Source: Craspedostauros australis (taxonomy: Eukaryota). Taken from it: a DNA stretch of 56,244 nt. Location of the stretch: contig JALAGF010000848.1 in assembly GCA_030167865.1 (NCBI GenBank), forward strand, positions 1 through 56,244. Direction: 5' to 3'. A program made the translations under genes and the position numbers. Shown piece by piece: positions 46,137 to 56,244 of this stretch (the stretch's first letter is position 1; each line of letters starts with the position of its first letter). The notes under the pieces were generated by a model. It was not told where the DNA came from. It did no database searches and saw nothing but the letters and a program-made list of their open reading frames with translations.

Positions 46137-48093
46137 ATGGTGAGTGCGATCTGTTGTTGTGGGGATGTAGCGGAGTGCAGCAGTGGAAACGTTGTGCTTG
46201 GGAAACACGTTTGCGTTCGCTGTGGTGGGTTGTTGCCTCCATCGCAACAAGTCCTGCCGTTTTGCGGATCGGACTGGATGGATGCTCGTTCTCCAACCAA
46301 CATGGTGACCTCTCCTAACTCCCTCCACTGCTTCATACCCTCCTTCTTTCCCACGGTACGAAACATCGGCAGAGACCGTACCTCCTTCAAGGCCACGAAC
46401 GTCCCATCACGGTCGTCAAGTACAACCACGATGGTGACCTCCTGTTCTCGGCATCCAAGGATCAGATCCCGTCGGTGTGGCGAAGCGAGAATGGTGACAG
46501 ATTAGGAACATTCACTGGTCACAAGGGTACCATCTGGGACTTGGATTGCGATCGATTCAGCAAGCATCTGCTCACGGCGAGCGCCGATACGTAAGTCCAT
46601 CTTGCGCACGTGTTCGGATCACTATTCGATTGTTACCGCTTCATGGTTGCTGCGGCTCTGTTGGTGGCGCGGCCAAGTTGGGATTGTGAAGGATTCGCAC
46701 GCTGATGTGTGCTTGATGCGTGCTTGATGCTTGGACTCGAGAAATGAAATTACTCACGTATTGACTTCCTTTCTTCTTCCCTCTACCATCAACGGAACGA
46801 ATGAATGGGCGCATGCTTCCTTTTGCTTGACGATGGACGACCAATCTCCGATCTGTGGCTTCACGCGGTCGCTATCTTGGGATTGATGGACATGCTGTGG
46901 ATGCGCAATTGGGCGGTTGTAAATGGATGCTTGAATCATTGGCGGATCATTGACCGATCAATGAATGACTTGAATGCATTCGATGGCATTCACTTGGCGC
47001 ACGTACTGGATGCGACCGTGTATCCGTTCCTGTCATTCATGAAAACACACACACGCGCACCCTTGCAATCATCATCACCATCACTGCAGAACGTGCAAAC
47101 TGTGGAGCTGCGAAACTGGGGAGTGTCTCAAGACATTTACGCACCGCGGACCAGTGCGCGGCGTCACATGGGCCGAGGACAACAAGCGATTTGCCACCAT
47201 CTCGGATCCGTTCGTCGAGCACAACGCCAAGATCAGCATCTTCGACATCGAATCCGACGACACAGAACCGATCAAAGAAATTGACATCCCCAAGGAGGCC
47301 AAGCGAGTAAACGCTACCAACATCACCTGGACCTACCTCAACGAGCATTTGCTGGTCAGCATGGATAACGGATACATCCGACTCTACGATCCGGAATCTG
47401 GAAAGATCGTCAACGAATTCATGGCTCACGAGAAGAAGATCAACCGGCTCCAATTCAACCTCGAAAAGACCCTCTTCATCACATCGTCGGCAGACTTCAC
47501 GTCCAAGCTCTACGACGCCGTCAACCTCAAGCACCTCAAGACGTACAAGACGGATCGTCCAGTCAACGATGCCGTCATCAGCGAACACAAGGACCACATC
47601 CTGCTGGGCGGAGGACAGGAGGCAATGTCCGTCACAACAACATCTGGAAAGGTCGGAAAATTCGAGACCCGATTCTTCCACTTGGTCTACGAAGAGGAAT
47701 TCGGTTGCGTCAAGGGACATTTCGGTCCCATCAACGCCAGTGAGTCTGCCTTCGTTCCTGCCTGTTGTATTGTTCACTTGGAAGTTCGTTTGGTCGTGTG
47801 CCCTCCACGCTCCTTGGAAGGATTTTGGATTTTGTTGAATGTCACGAACAACTCACACACCTTCTCTCATTTCGTTCAATTTGTCCGTCTATCCATGCAT
47901 ACATGTGCACCTTCATAACGCCTCATTCTCATCTCCAGTCGCCATCAACCCAAACGGTCTGAACTACGCCAGCGGCGCCGAGGACGGATACGTTCGACTG
48001 CACCAATTCGACAAGAGCTACCTGGATATGAAGGATCCAGTTCCAGAGGCAGATGAACCTGTGGAGGGCGAAGAGAAGGAGGCTTCCAAATAA
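46137..48093 (+). CDS. EIF3I: Eukaryotic translation initiation factor 3 subunit I (WD40); exons 46137-46139 (ATG only), 46373-46590, 47090-47739, 47939-48093 (~341 aa)
   Basis: Spliced protein [31 protein letters not shown] ... '[24 protein letters not shown]', '[29 protein letters not shown]'. Confidence 0.95.
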
Positions 48094-48637
48094 ACACCAA
48101 CAGCAATCGTACGAGTAGGTACACAGATAGTAGTAGGGCAGAAGCGTTACACAACTACCAGTACGACTGGTATGAAGAATCTCAGCCAGCTACTTGTAGA
48201 GCATGATGGCATGAAGCCCAGTAGGAAACTGGAGCACCAAGCCTTGCTTTGTTGTGTAGAAGAAACCATGTGGACAAACGTCATCACGCTCTCGATACCT
48301 ACACAGTGGTGTCCACTGCTGTATGGAAATCCATATTCGATTGATTGTCACTATTATCTTCCCTTTTAAGTTTATGTTTCGGTATTGCTGATGGTATTGG
48401 CATGCTATTGTATTGTACTGTGTTGTGTATTATGGCTCCTGCTCCAACATGTCTGTGCCATTGGATGCGCTGCTTCTCGCTGAATATGTTCATACATTTG
48501 ATGTGTGGGATCGGGTGTGTCCTGTGTGGGCTCTATGTTGTATTGATGTTGTTCTGGAACATCGCAGGAATGTTGATCTCTCTCTCCCTCTCCCTTGCTC
48601 TTTTGTTCCCTTTCTCTTCCGACGTTCATCCGCTTAA

Positions 48638-49090
48638 TTACTTGGCCGGATTCAAGGCACGTCGTGGAAGGAAGTAGCGGTACCGCTCTTCTGGAATTCC
48701 GTTGTCGCCGTCCTCTTCTATTCTCTGACGGAAGACCTCCTGGTAGTTGCCATTCTGCAAATCCAACTGAATCTCATCGATGCTTATCTGGTGCAGCAAA
48801 TAGTCTTCATCCAGATCGTTGTCGAAGCTCAGTGGGTTCATGGAACTTGTACTGGCCGTGTCATCGTCACCTTCGTCGGCTGTACTTGTAGTGCGGTTTC
48901 CCACAATGCTCTTCTTGATCATGATGGGATCATCATCGGCATGACGGCGTACGGAGAGACTCTGCTTGGATGATGTCTGTCGTTTCTGTGCGATGTCGGG
49001 CAGTTCGCACATGCAAATTCCCATGAATAACGACGTTGTCTGATGAAGCAACGTCGTGATGGCAGACCGGTGGTGTTCGAATGTATACAT
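48638..49090 (-). CDS. Hypothetical protein (~150 aa)
   Basis: ATG in good context (accaagATG) after a CAA/CAC-rich leader; acidic, protein-like composition; no recognised domain. Confidence 0.5.
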   Translation of the reverse strand: MYTFEHHRSAITTLLHQTTSLFMGICMCELPDIAQKRQTSSKQSLSVRRHADDDPIMIKKSIVGNRTTSTADEGDDDTASTSSMNPLSFDNDLDEDYLLHQISIDEIQLDLQNGNYQEVFRQRIEEDGDNGIPEERYRYFLPRRALNPAK

Positions 49091-50765
49091 CTTGGTGTTA
49101 GTGGTGCGCGTGGTGATAGTAGTAGTGGTGGCAGTGCTGCTGCTGTTGGTGTCTGCTCTATTGGGTTGACGTTCAATCGATGGCGTTCGATCGATGGTAT
49201 TGTTGATCTTGTTGTTGATTGCTCTGTGTTGTTGTTGGCAGTAGTGCAGTGATGGTGTTCGATGGTGTTTGATGGAGACGGGGAGACTGTTGCGTCTTGT
49301 CTCGCTCTTGGACTTGTGTGCTCCTCTGTCGACTTCTTTTGTTTCCTGTGACGTCTTCGTTGTTGTGGCTGAGGCCGAGGGTGTTGGCGCGTTCGTTGTT
49401 GATGTTTGTGGAGCGTCTGTGATGATGTGCACAAGTGGGATTGTGGGTTGGTTAGCTGGTTGGCTGATTTGTTGTCTCTTGGGGCTTGGATTTTTGGTAA
49501 TGCAACAATGTACGCGAAGAGAGTGCTGCGCACTGTGCAGCACCATGGTGCTGTATTCCCCATGTATTTTGTGAGTTGGGAGTCTGATTTTGGTGTGCGT
49601 TGAGGTTTACCTTTAACGGCCCGACCGTTACCTTGACATAATTGCGATTAGAACTTTACGTTGAATTTTTGGCACGCAACGAATGGCGTTCAATAGTACG
49701 GTCGTCTCTCGTACTGGCACCATGCCCGCGAAAAAGCGCAACTGCGATTTCGGCACAGCCGGTTGAATGGAGCAGAGCCAAACAAGAAGCACAGGGAAAC
49801 ATAGGAGCGGTGATACCATACGTGTCCACGTGCCACGCATTCGTCACATCTTGCACCTCGTGTTGTTGCAGAGAAGCAGGACTGCGAGAGAGGCAGAGAG
49901 GAGGGGATTGTTGAAGGCAGGCAGGGAACAAGAAGAACAACGAAGACATCACAGAACAAGACCTCGCACATTGCTTTTGCCTCGAATTGTTAGCATGGTT
50001 GGCTGTTGAAACATCTTCATGACGCTATCCCATTCGTGCTTGATCTCTCCAGAGAGTGAAACAGGGAACCAATTCTTGAATGATCGTCGACGATGAGATC
50101 CCTCGCGTCCTCTACCTTTCATCGATGTTCCCACGAGCAACTTCAGCCGAAGTTTGGGATTTCTTGAATCTCTCACGACAACGGGGACGGATCGATAAAA
50201 CTGGACACACATCATGTGCGGAGCAGAGCAAAGTATGGTATGCTCATTCATTCGTTCGTTCGTTCATTCATTCGTGTCGGCGAAAGTTCGTATGTGGGAA
50301 GCACTGTGGCGCGTAGATTGGCTTCAACTCCATTCGCCATCTGTGTTGTGTGGTTGAACGCATGAAGAGAATAAGCATGAAAGGGGAACACACTTGTAAC
50401 AACAGCTCAGACTGCCAAGTGGATGGAAGAAATGACAAACTGACAACAAGCACGTATTTGTCGCAATAGCTACACACAGACAGACAAACGTCTGTTTGCT
50501 GTGATCGCAAATGATAACCTCGCGGAAACTTCTTCGACCATGGATAAAAGTGAAATACTTCCGAGGCAGAGTACTCGCAGAGCAGAGTAAGAGTTTATTT
50601 GCGTCGTCTTGGTGTGCTTGTAGATTAGAGAGCAGCTCGTAGCCGTAGGAAGGCTCCGATTATGTAATCGTGGTTATTGTATGGCATCGCAGGGCATGGT
50701 AGTTGGCGTTTGGGGGCACGCATTGCCATCATCAGGATACTACAGTATCGTGGAGCACACCTCTA

Positions 50766-53003
50766 TTATCTTGGCACAAAATCGGACTTGGCAGACTTCG
50801 GTTTTCTCATCGAGATCTTCTTGGTGTTGCGGAATGCAGCGGGGACGTTGGAATCGCCACCCGACGATGAACTGGCCTTGGATTGGAACATGTTCATGCG
50901 CTCCTTGATGGACAGTGGGGCCTTGGACGATCGAGGTGAATGCGCTGCTTTTGAGGGCGCTGCGGTGCCCGGCATGGAAGATTGCGCGCGTCGTTTGGGT
51001 ACAGCAGAACCGACCCGTCCTGACGATCCGACAGATATCCTGGACGATTTCTTCTTGCCATCGCCGCCGTCGCTGTTGCTCCGAGGTTTTGTTTTGGCGG
51101 AGGTTTTGATGGAGTCCGGCTTCTTCCATTTATTCAGCGTGACGCTGACGGGGCTGTCATCCTCCTCCTCGCTGGTGGAAATGGAGACGTTTTCGCTGGA
51201 TTGCGATATCGAAGATTCGGACGAGGAGCCGTCGTCATCATCCGATGTCGATTTGGATGGTTTCAATTTAGCATCCGAAGCATGACCGCCTAATACAACG
51301 CGTTTGCCATTCTTGAACACAATTCGTCTGGTCTCCTTGGCGTCGTCGGCTGTTGACGTCGTCGCCGACGATTTGATGGATTTCGTGGAGGACGTGCTGA
51401 CGCGCTTTCCATTCTTGAACACAATCTTCTTCGTCGTTGCGGGTGCCGGCAAGTCGCTTTCGCCGGACGATGTGCTGACGTAGCTCAATCCGCCAGACGA
51501 TCTGTTGTTCGCGGAATTGCTATTGGCGCTGTTGGAACGGTCCTGCCGTTTGACACGCCTCGAGTCGGATGCCGACCGCGGTGTTTGCGAACCGGTCCCT
51601 GTCGTGGACGCCGCGGATTTGGATGTGGAGTCATCCGATTTCGTGTTGTTGCTGAGATCTCTGTCCTTGCGGCGCGTTTTCTTCAGATCAGTACCTGACC
51701 TTGTTTGCACCAACCCCGAACCGCGCGCAGGAACTCCTCGTGACGGTGACGACGCTGATGGTTGTGTCGATGCGGCGTCCGTCGCACTCCCCGTTGACTC
51801 CTTCTCCTTTTTCCGCACCTTCTTGAGATTCGTGCCGGACCTTGTTTGCACCAACCCGGAACCACGTCGAGGCGTTGATCTGGGTGACACAAGAGGCGCA
51901 GTTGATGTTGTTGACGATGCTGTAGCGTCGGCAGCAGCGGCGGTGTCGTCGTCATCGTCCGACGACGACGGCGTGACACCATTCCTCGTCCCTCTTCTTG
52001 ATTTCATGGCACCGGCAGAGCACGAGAAGGTCCTTGTTGCTCGGATGGCTGCGTTTGGACGCGCCCGCGGTTTGGACGATGGAGCAGCCAGCGCAGTGGT
52101 GCCCTCGCCGTTGGCATCCTGTTCTGCACGTAGCTGCTCCGCCACCATCGCCATCATGTCGACCTTGCCGGAATTGCTCCTGCCCGGCACGATGTCCGAT
52201 TTTCTGGCGCGCCTCATGCCGTGCAGCGTTCCTGACTTTGTCGCAACTAAACTGGTCCTTGGCGGCTGGACCTTGTCATCATCACCATCGCCAGTGCCGG
52301 ACGCCGTTTTGTTATCATCCTCCTTGGCTTTCTTCGCGGCTGCCCGCATACCGTGGAGGGTTCCCGATTTGGTGGCGACCAACCTCGAACGTCGTGGTGA
52401 CATGTCCGCGGCGGAAGAGCTGGAGCCACGTTTGATCGGCGATGTGGGTGAGTCGGTCTCATCATCCGGCAGCACTATTTCAATATCATCTGCAGAACAT
52501 GTTCTGCTGACCATCTTTTTGGCATTCTTCGACGACCCCGTCCGTGGCTTCGCTTCGGTCTTCTCGGTTGAGGGATTGGCTGGGGTGCTGATGGCCCTGC
52601 GATCCGTGCGTTGCTTGGGGAGGCTGCCCGACTTGGTGGCCACGAGGCGTTTTCTGCGGTTTGGGCTCCTGGGAGATTTGAGGTTGTCCACCGACGTCGT
52701 GCGTTCCAGCCCTTTCCTCGTTGGGGAGGCGGGGTCCTTGTTGGGTTTGGGTGCCTGCTTGGTCGATGGTGACTTGCCCTTCTGCTGCTTCTTCTGCTGC
52801 TGCAGCAACTGCTCCTTCGTCCATGGCACGGGGTCAACGTCGGGACCGTCCGGAGGGTCCTCCTCCAAGCCGCATTCGATCATGAAGGCCGTGTGTCGCA
52901 TCTCGCCGATCTCATCCTCCTGGTAAAAGAGGTCATCGATCAGTTCATCATCCAGCCGCGGGACCTCGAACACCAGCGGCGGGTCTTCATTCCACCGAAT
53001 CAT
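50766..53003 (-). CDS. Uncharacterised, largely disordered S/K/R-rich protein with an acidic N-terminal domain and internal peptide repeats (745 aa)
   Basis: Long ORF, start gcagaccATG. N-terminus 'IRW...VFEVP......LFYQEDEIGEMR'; repeated LVATKSG, GLVQTRSGT and IVFKNGKRV motifs. Confidence 0.8.
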   Translation of the reverse strand: MIRWNEDPPLVFEVPRLDDELIDDLFYQEDEIGEMRHTAFMIECGLEEDPPDGPDVDPVPWTKEQLLQQQKKQQKGKSPSTKQAPKPNKDPASPTRKGLERTTSVDNLKSPRSPNRRKRLVATKSGSLPKQRTDRRAISTPANPSTEKTEAKPRTGSSKNAKKMVSRTCSADDIEIVLPDDETDSPTSPIKRGSSSSAADMSPRRSRLVATKSGTLHGMRAAAKKAKEDDNKTASGTGDGDDDKVQPPRTSLVATKSGTLHGMRRARKSDIVPGRSNSGKVDMMAMVAEQLRAEQDANGEGTTALAAPSSKPRARPNAAIRATRTFSCSAGAMKSRRGTRNGVTPSSSDDDDDTAAAADATASSTTSTAPLVSPRSTPRRGSGLVQTRSGTNLKKVRKKEKESTGSATDAASTQPSASSPSRGVPARGSGLVQTRSGTDLKKTRRKDRDLSNNTKSDDSTSKSAASTTGTGSQTPRSASDSRRVKRQDRSNSANSNSANNRSSGGLSYVSTSSGESDLPAPATTKKIVFKNGKRVSTSSTKSIKSSATTSTADDAKETRRIVFKNGKRVVLGGHASDAKLKPSKSTSDDDDGSSSESSISQSSENVSISTSEEEDDSPVSVTLNKWKKPDSIKTSAKTKPRSNSDGGDGKKKSSRISVGSSGRVGSAVPKRRAQSSMPGTAAPSKAAHSPRSSKAPLSIKERMNMFQSKASSSSGGDSNVPAAFRNTKKISMRKPKSAKSDFVPR

Positions 53004-54658
53004 GGTCTGCCCTTTCTCTCGATTGGTAAGTTGTTGTCTGCTGTCTGTTGTCTGGTAGTTGTCACCTGCGAAAAGCGCCTTGCCGACTGCGAATTCGAAA
53101 GTGTGGACTGCGAAATGTGGATTGCAAAGTGTCGCTGTTTACCTCGAGCAGCCGTGAATGGAGACCGGGAGCCTTGTATGCACTGTAATCTTGTGCTCTG
53201 ATGGGCCTGATGGGCCTGGCGTGTCAAGCCTGAAGCCACGGTGTCGATGGAATTGCGGTCTCGCTGTGTGACCTTGGCTGGTCTTGGATCAGACAGAGAT
53301 GATGGACTCTTCAGCAGGGGGACTTTCGAGTCTCCGCCCAACTCGCGATGTCGTGGTCTTTTTCGCTTCGTTTCGAAGATGGGTTTCCAACCAGACAGCT
53401 CCTTTCCTCCCTTGTTGCCTTGTTGCCTTGTCGCCTTGTGTCCGTCTCTATCCGCTCTATCTCTCCACCTCTCTATTGGTATCCGTCTGTTTGTCTATGG
53501 TCTCTATCTATCTCGTTCGCCGTCGTCGCTTTCCCCTCGTCTTGGTAACCAATGCGCAGGCGGAATGGGTGCTCTGTGGGGATTGGCACGGACTTCACTT
53601 CACTTCACCTGCTTTGCTTCGCTATCCTCTGCACTCTGTCCTCTGCACTTCAATCTACTTCGACGAGAGACAGGACACAACACCGCTTGGACCTTCCCTT
53701 TCCACTCTCTGATGATCCGCAAGCGAACAGATACAAATTCCGTCAGATGCTTGTTTCGCACGTCCCGCTTCGACCAAGAGGCGATGTTCTTTCTTGCCTT
53801 GCTCCGATTTTGGTGATGTTGGCGGCTGGTGATCTGTTTGTTTTTTGCCCGCACGTGCGCTTTCTTGGTGTGTTGGTGGTTGTTCCGCTCTGCTCGCGGT
53901 CCTGTGTGGTATCTCTATGTCTGCCTCTTGTCCCTTTGTGTGTGGGAGCGATCCGCAGCTTTTCCCGACGACCAAAAAGAACAACACAAAAAGGGACATC
54001 GCGCTGCACTTCACTACGCATCGTGTTGCTACACGATCTTTTGCGTCTTCCGACAAGCACAAGCTAACGACGAAAAAGACCAGCAAAGACTCAGACTTGT
54101 TCGTTTTGACATTCGAACATGTCGCAGGGCAATTTACTGGAAATGACCAACTGTACGATTCAGACGCGATTGGATTTCAGACACACACACGCACGCACAC
54201 GATGCGAGGCAGAGAAGATTGATTCGTTCGATTAGATTGAGAAAGAAACAACGCGCTTCGCCAAGCAGACTCGAGCCTTCTCCTCTTTCGATCACGATCA
54301 GAAGATGTTGAGCGGCCCTCCTCGCTTGCTGCGGTTTGGTCTTGGTTTGTGTCACTTCAACCACACCTGTGACCGTCGATGATGTCGCCGCCCGCGGTGT
54401 TGGCGTTGCTGGTGTCGATGCTTGCGCGGCTTCGTCGTTGATGGTATCTTTCGCATTGCTCGCATCCACCATCATACGAGCTGCGAGTGCTCATACTTCT
54501 GCCTCTGCGAGTATCCGTGCACGCACGACCTATGATGTGATCAATCCGCAATCGCATGGGTGCAAGCAGGAACAAACAAGGCAGAGAGAAGATCCGCGAA
54601 GCGAGATGACCAGAGACGCAGCACCCGCACATCTACGCTCACGTCTGCGAACGCCATC

Positions 54659-56244
54659 ATGACAGCTCGCCCAGCAGCGATCTCCGAAGAGCAAGGATCG
54701 AGGCGGAAGGATGGCGTTGCTGGATCCCAATCACAGAGCCGACCATGGTACCGATTTCGATCGTTGATCATGCTACTTTGCATCGTACTATTTGCCGTCG
54801 TCCAGCTCGTCTACTCCATGCACATCGTCCATTCCATGTTGGATGTCACCGAGCCAACAGCAACATCGGCAATAAGGACAATGGCATCACGAGCGACGCT
54901 GGCAACAGCGGCAACAACATCAGGATCGGCGCCCACTTCTGCATCTACTTCTGCGTTCACTTCGTCGACCAACTCTTCGACCACGAGAAAGTACGCATAC
55001 GCCTTCCTTGTTGCAGGTTGCGATCCTGACAAACCATGGTCCTACAGGAACTACATCTACAACATCCTCGTCTCCAAGTTCATCCTTCAGACGCACAGCA
55101 GCAACGCCGATGTCATCGTCATGCTCCAGATCTCTAAATACTCCAACCACACCACCCTCACAGCCAGAGACGAGACATGGCTCCATCGCATGGGCGTCAA
55201 GTACATCTACCTCCCCAAGCCTGTCCGTGACAACTTCTACGCTGCGCAAATGGAAAAGTTCCGCATCCTGCAGCTGCATCACTACTCCCGCGTTCTCTAC
55301 CTCGATTCCGATGCCATGCCGTTGTGCAACCTCGATTACCTGCTGGAAGCCTCCATCGACGGCAAGCTGCAGCCCAACGTCATCTTTGCATGGTTCAACG
55401 AACCAGCCCATGGTGGCATCTTCCTCTTGGAGCCCGCCGTGTCCCACTATCCCCAAATACAGGAGATCATTCACAGACGTGAAGAAGAGGCATTGCGATT
55501 GCCGTATCCGCATTGGGATCCGGTCGTTGGTTGGGGCACTCCCATACCCAACGATGATCCATGGCGTGTCATCCAATCCAAGGACGGATCATGGACAGGG
55601 TTGCCAGGATATCCACCATCCGAGCTGTACGACGGCATCAACTGGACATTCCACGGAGACTTTGCAGATCAAGGTTTGCTTTACTATTGGACCAAGTTCC
55701 ACAAGCAACAGGTCACCATCATCAACCTCGATGACATGGAGCATTGGGGATCCACCTCTGATTCTCATCCTGACTCTCACCTTGGTCATGACACTGGTTT
55801 TGGGTTTGGTTTGGGCGCCACCATCTCCAATGCAACAATCACGACAGTCGTTGCAGACAATGTCGACAGTGGCGGTGGCAAGCACAATGGTCAGAAGGAA
55901 AGGAAACCCAAGCTGCTGCGAAAAGAAGCGATCGACAAGTCGTCGTGGCTGTGGTCGCAGCACAAGACATGCCTCCCAATCGGCATGGAGCACCCCAACC
56001 ACTATGGTAGCACCCGCCACCCCATGTTCTTGGATCATGCCCCGCATCGGGATTTCATCCATTTCAGTGGCGATTCCAAACCGTGGGAATCACCGGCGCC
56101 AGTGCCATTGCCAGAATCCATCCAGGATCTCGATTCCTCCAAGGCGTATTGGTATTGGTGTCTGAGACAAGTCACGCGGCAGCTCAATGTCACCATCCGC
56201 AGCTTCGACAAACTGCCGCACAGCCGACGACCTGCGTTGGGACG
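54659..56244 (+). CDS. Glycosyltransferase family 8 (GT-A), type II membrane protein; 3' end lies beyond the window
   Basis: Open frame from ATG 54659 with no stop to the window end, so absent from the ORF track. TM 'LIMLLCIVLFAVVQLVY', S/T stem, 'YAYAFLV', 'MEKFRIL..HYSRVLYLDSD.MPLCNLDYL', 'GGIFLLEP', 'DQGLLY', 'HFSGDSKPW'. Confidence 0.88.
   Translation, partial: MTARPAAISEEQGSRRKDGVAGSQSQSRPWYRFRSLIMLLCIVLFAVVQLVYSMHIVHSMLDVTEPTATSAIRTMASRATLATAATTSGSAPTSASTSAFTSSTNSSTTRKYAYAFLVAGCDPDKPWSYRNYIYNILVSKFILQTHSSNADVIVMLQISKYSNHTTLTARDETWLHRMGVKYIYLPKPVRDNFYAAQMEKFRILQLHHYSRVLYLDSDAMPLCNLDYLLEASIDGKLQPNVIFAWFNEPAHGGIFLLEPAVSHYPQIQEIIHRREEEALRLPYPHWDPVVGWGTPIPNDDPWRVIQSKDGSWTGLPGYPPSELYDGINWTFHGDFADQGLLYYWTKFHKQQVTIINLDDMEHWGSTSDSHPDSHLGHDTGFGFGLGATISNATITTVVADNVDSGGGKHNGQKERKPKLLRKEAIDKSSWLWSQHKTCLPIGMEHPNHYGSTRHPMFLDHAPHRDFIHFSGDSKPWESPAPVPLPESIQDLDSSKAYWYWCLRQVTRQLNVTIRSFDKLPHSRRPALG

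Noticed and set aside
55008..56165. 385-aa S/T-rich ORF in the track
   Set aside because: Off-frame shadow of the GT8 reading frame that starts at 54659 and carries DxD and HFxGxxKPW motifs
1..56244. tRNA, rRNA, snRNA, CRISPR arrays, LTR/TIR transposons, telomeric arrays
   Set aside because: No T-loop/cloverleaf, rRNA signatures, spaced direct-repeat arrays, RT/integrase/transposase motifs or TTAGGG tracts were seen by eye; a covariance-model scan would be needed to exclude small RNAs

Overview
Eukaryotic nuclear genomic DNA, almost certainly from a diatom. The evidence is bipartite signal + 'SA-F/AA-F' plastid-targeting presequences, a homomeric plastid ACCase, a diatom-style LRR protein and GT-AG introns of about 160-900 nt. 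About 21 protein-coding genes can be supported: a secreted CIA30-like protein, GINS Psf2, a GFA/CENP-V-like protein, a plastid protein of unknown function, a tandem-domain Q-rich protein, a family II (DHH/DHHA2) Mn-pyrophosphatase, a DHHC palmitoyltransferase, plastid acetyl-CoA carboxylase (3 exons; the first lies outside the ORF track), Rpn11, zinc-finger-less Fpg, a mitochondrion-type phosphoserine phosphatase, two uncharacterised membrane proteins, a CpcT/CpeT-like lyase, a TRF-like telobox Myb protein, a secreted P/T-rich LRR protein, a RING+PHD protein, eIF3i, two hypothetical proteins and a GT8 glycosyltransferase truncated at the window end. I found no rRNA, tRNA, CRISPR array or recognisable transposon, and no operon-like novel system. 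The best leads are single-gene or regulatory: clustered TGACGT (aureochrome-type) boxes upstream of two plastid-targeted genes, a candidate telomere-binding factor with a variant telobox, an uncharacterised tandem domain, a possible Stc1-RING-PHD fusion, and stop-free 3n introns, one of which splits the DHHC catalytic motif. Exon boundaries were inferred by eye from splice consensus and frame continuity.
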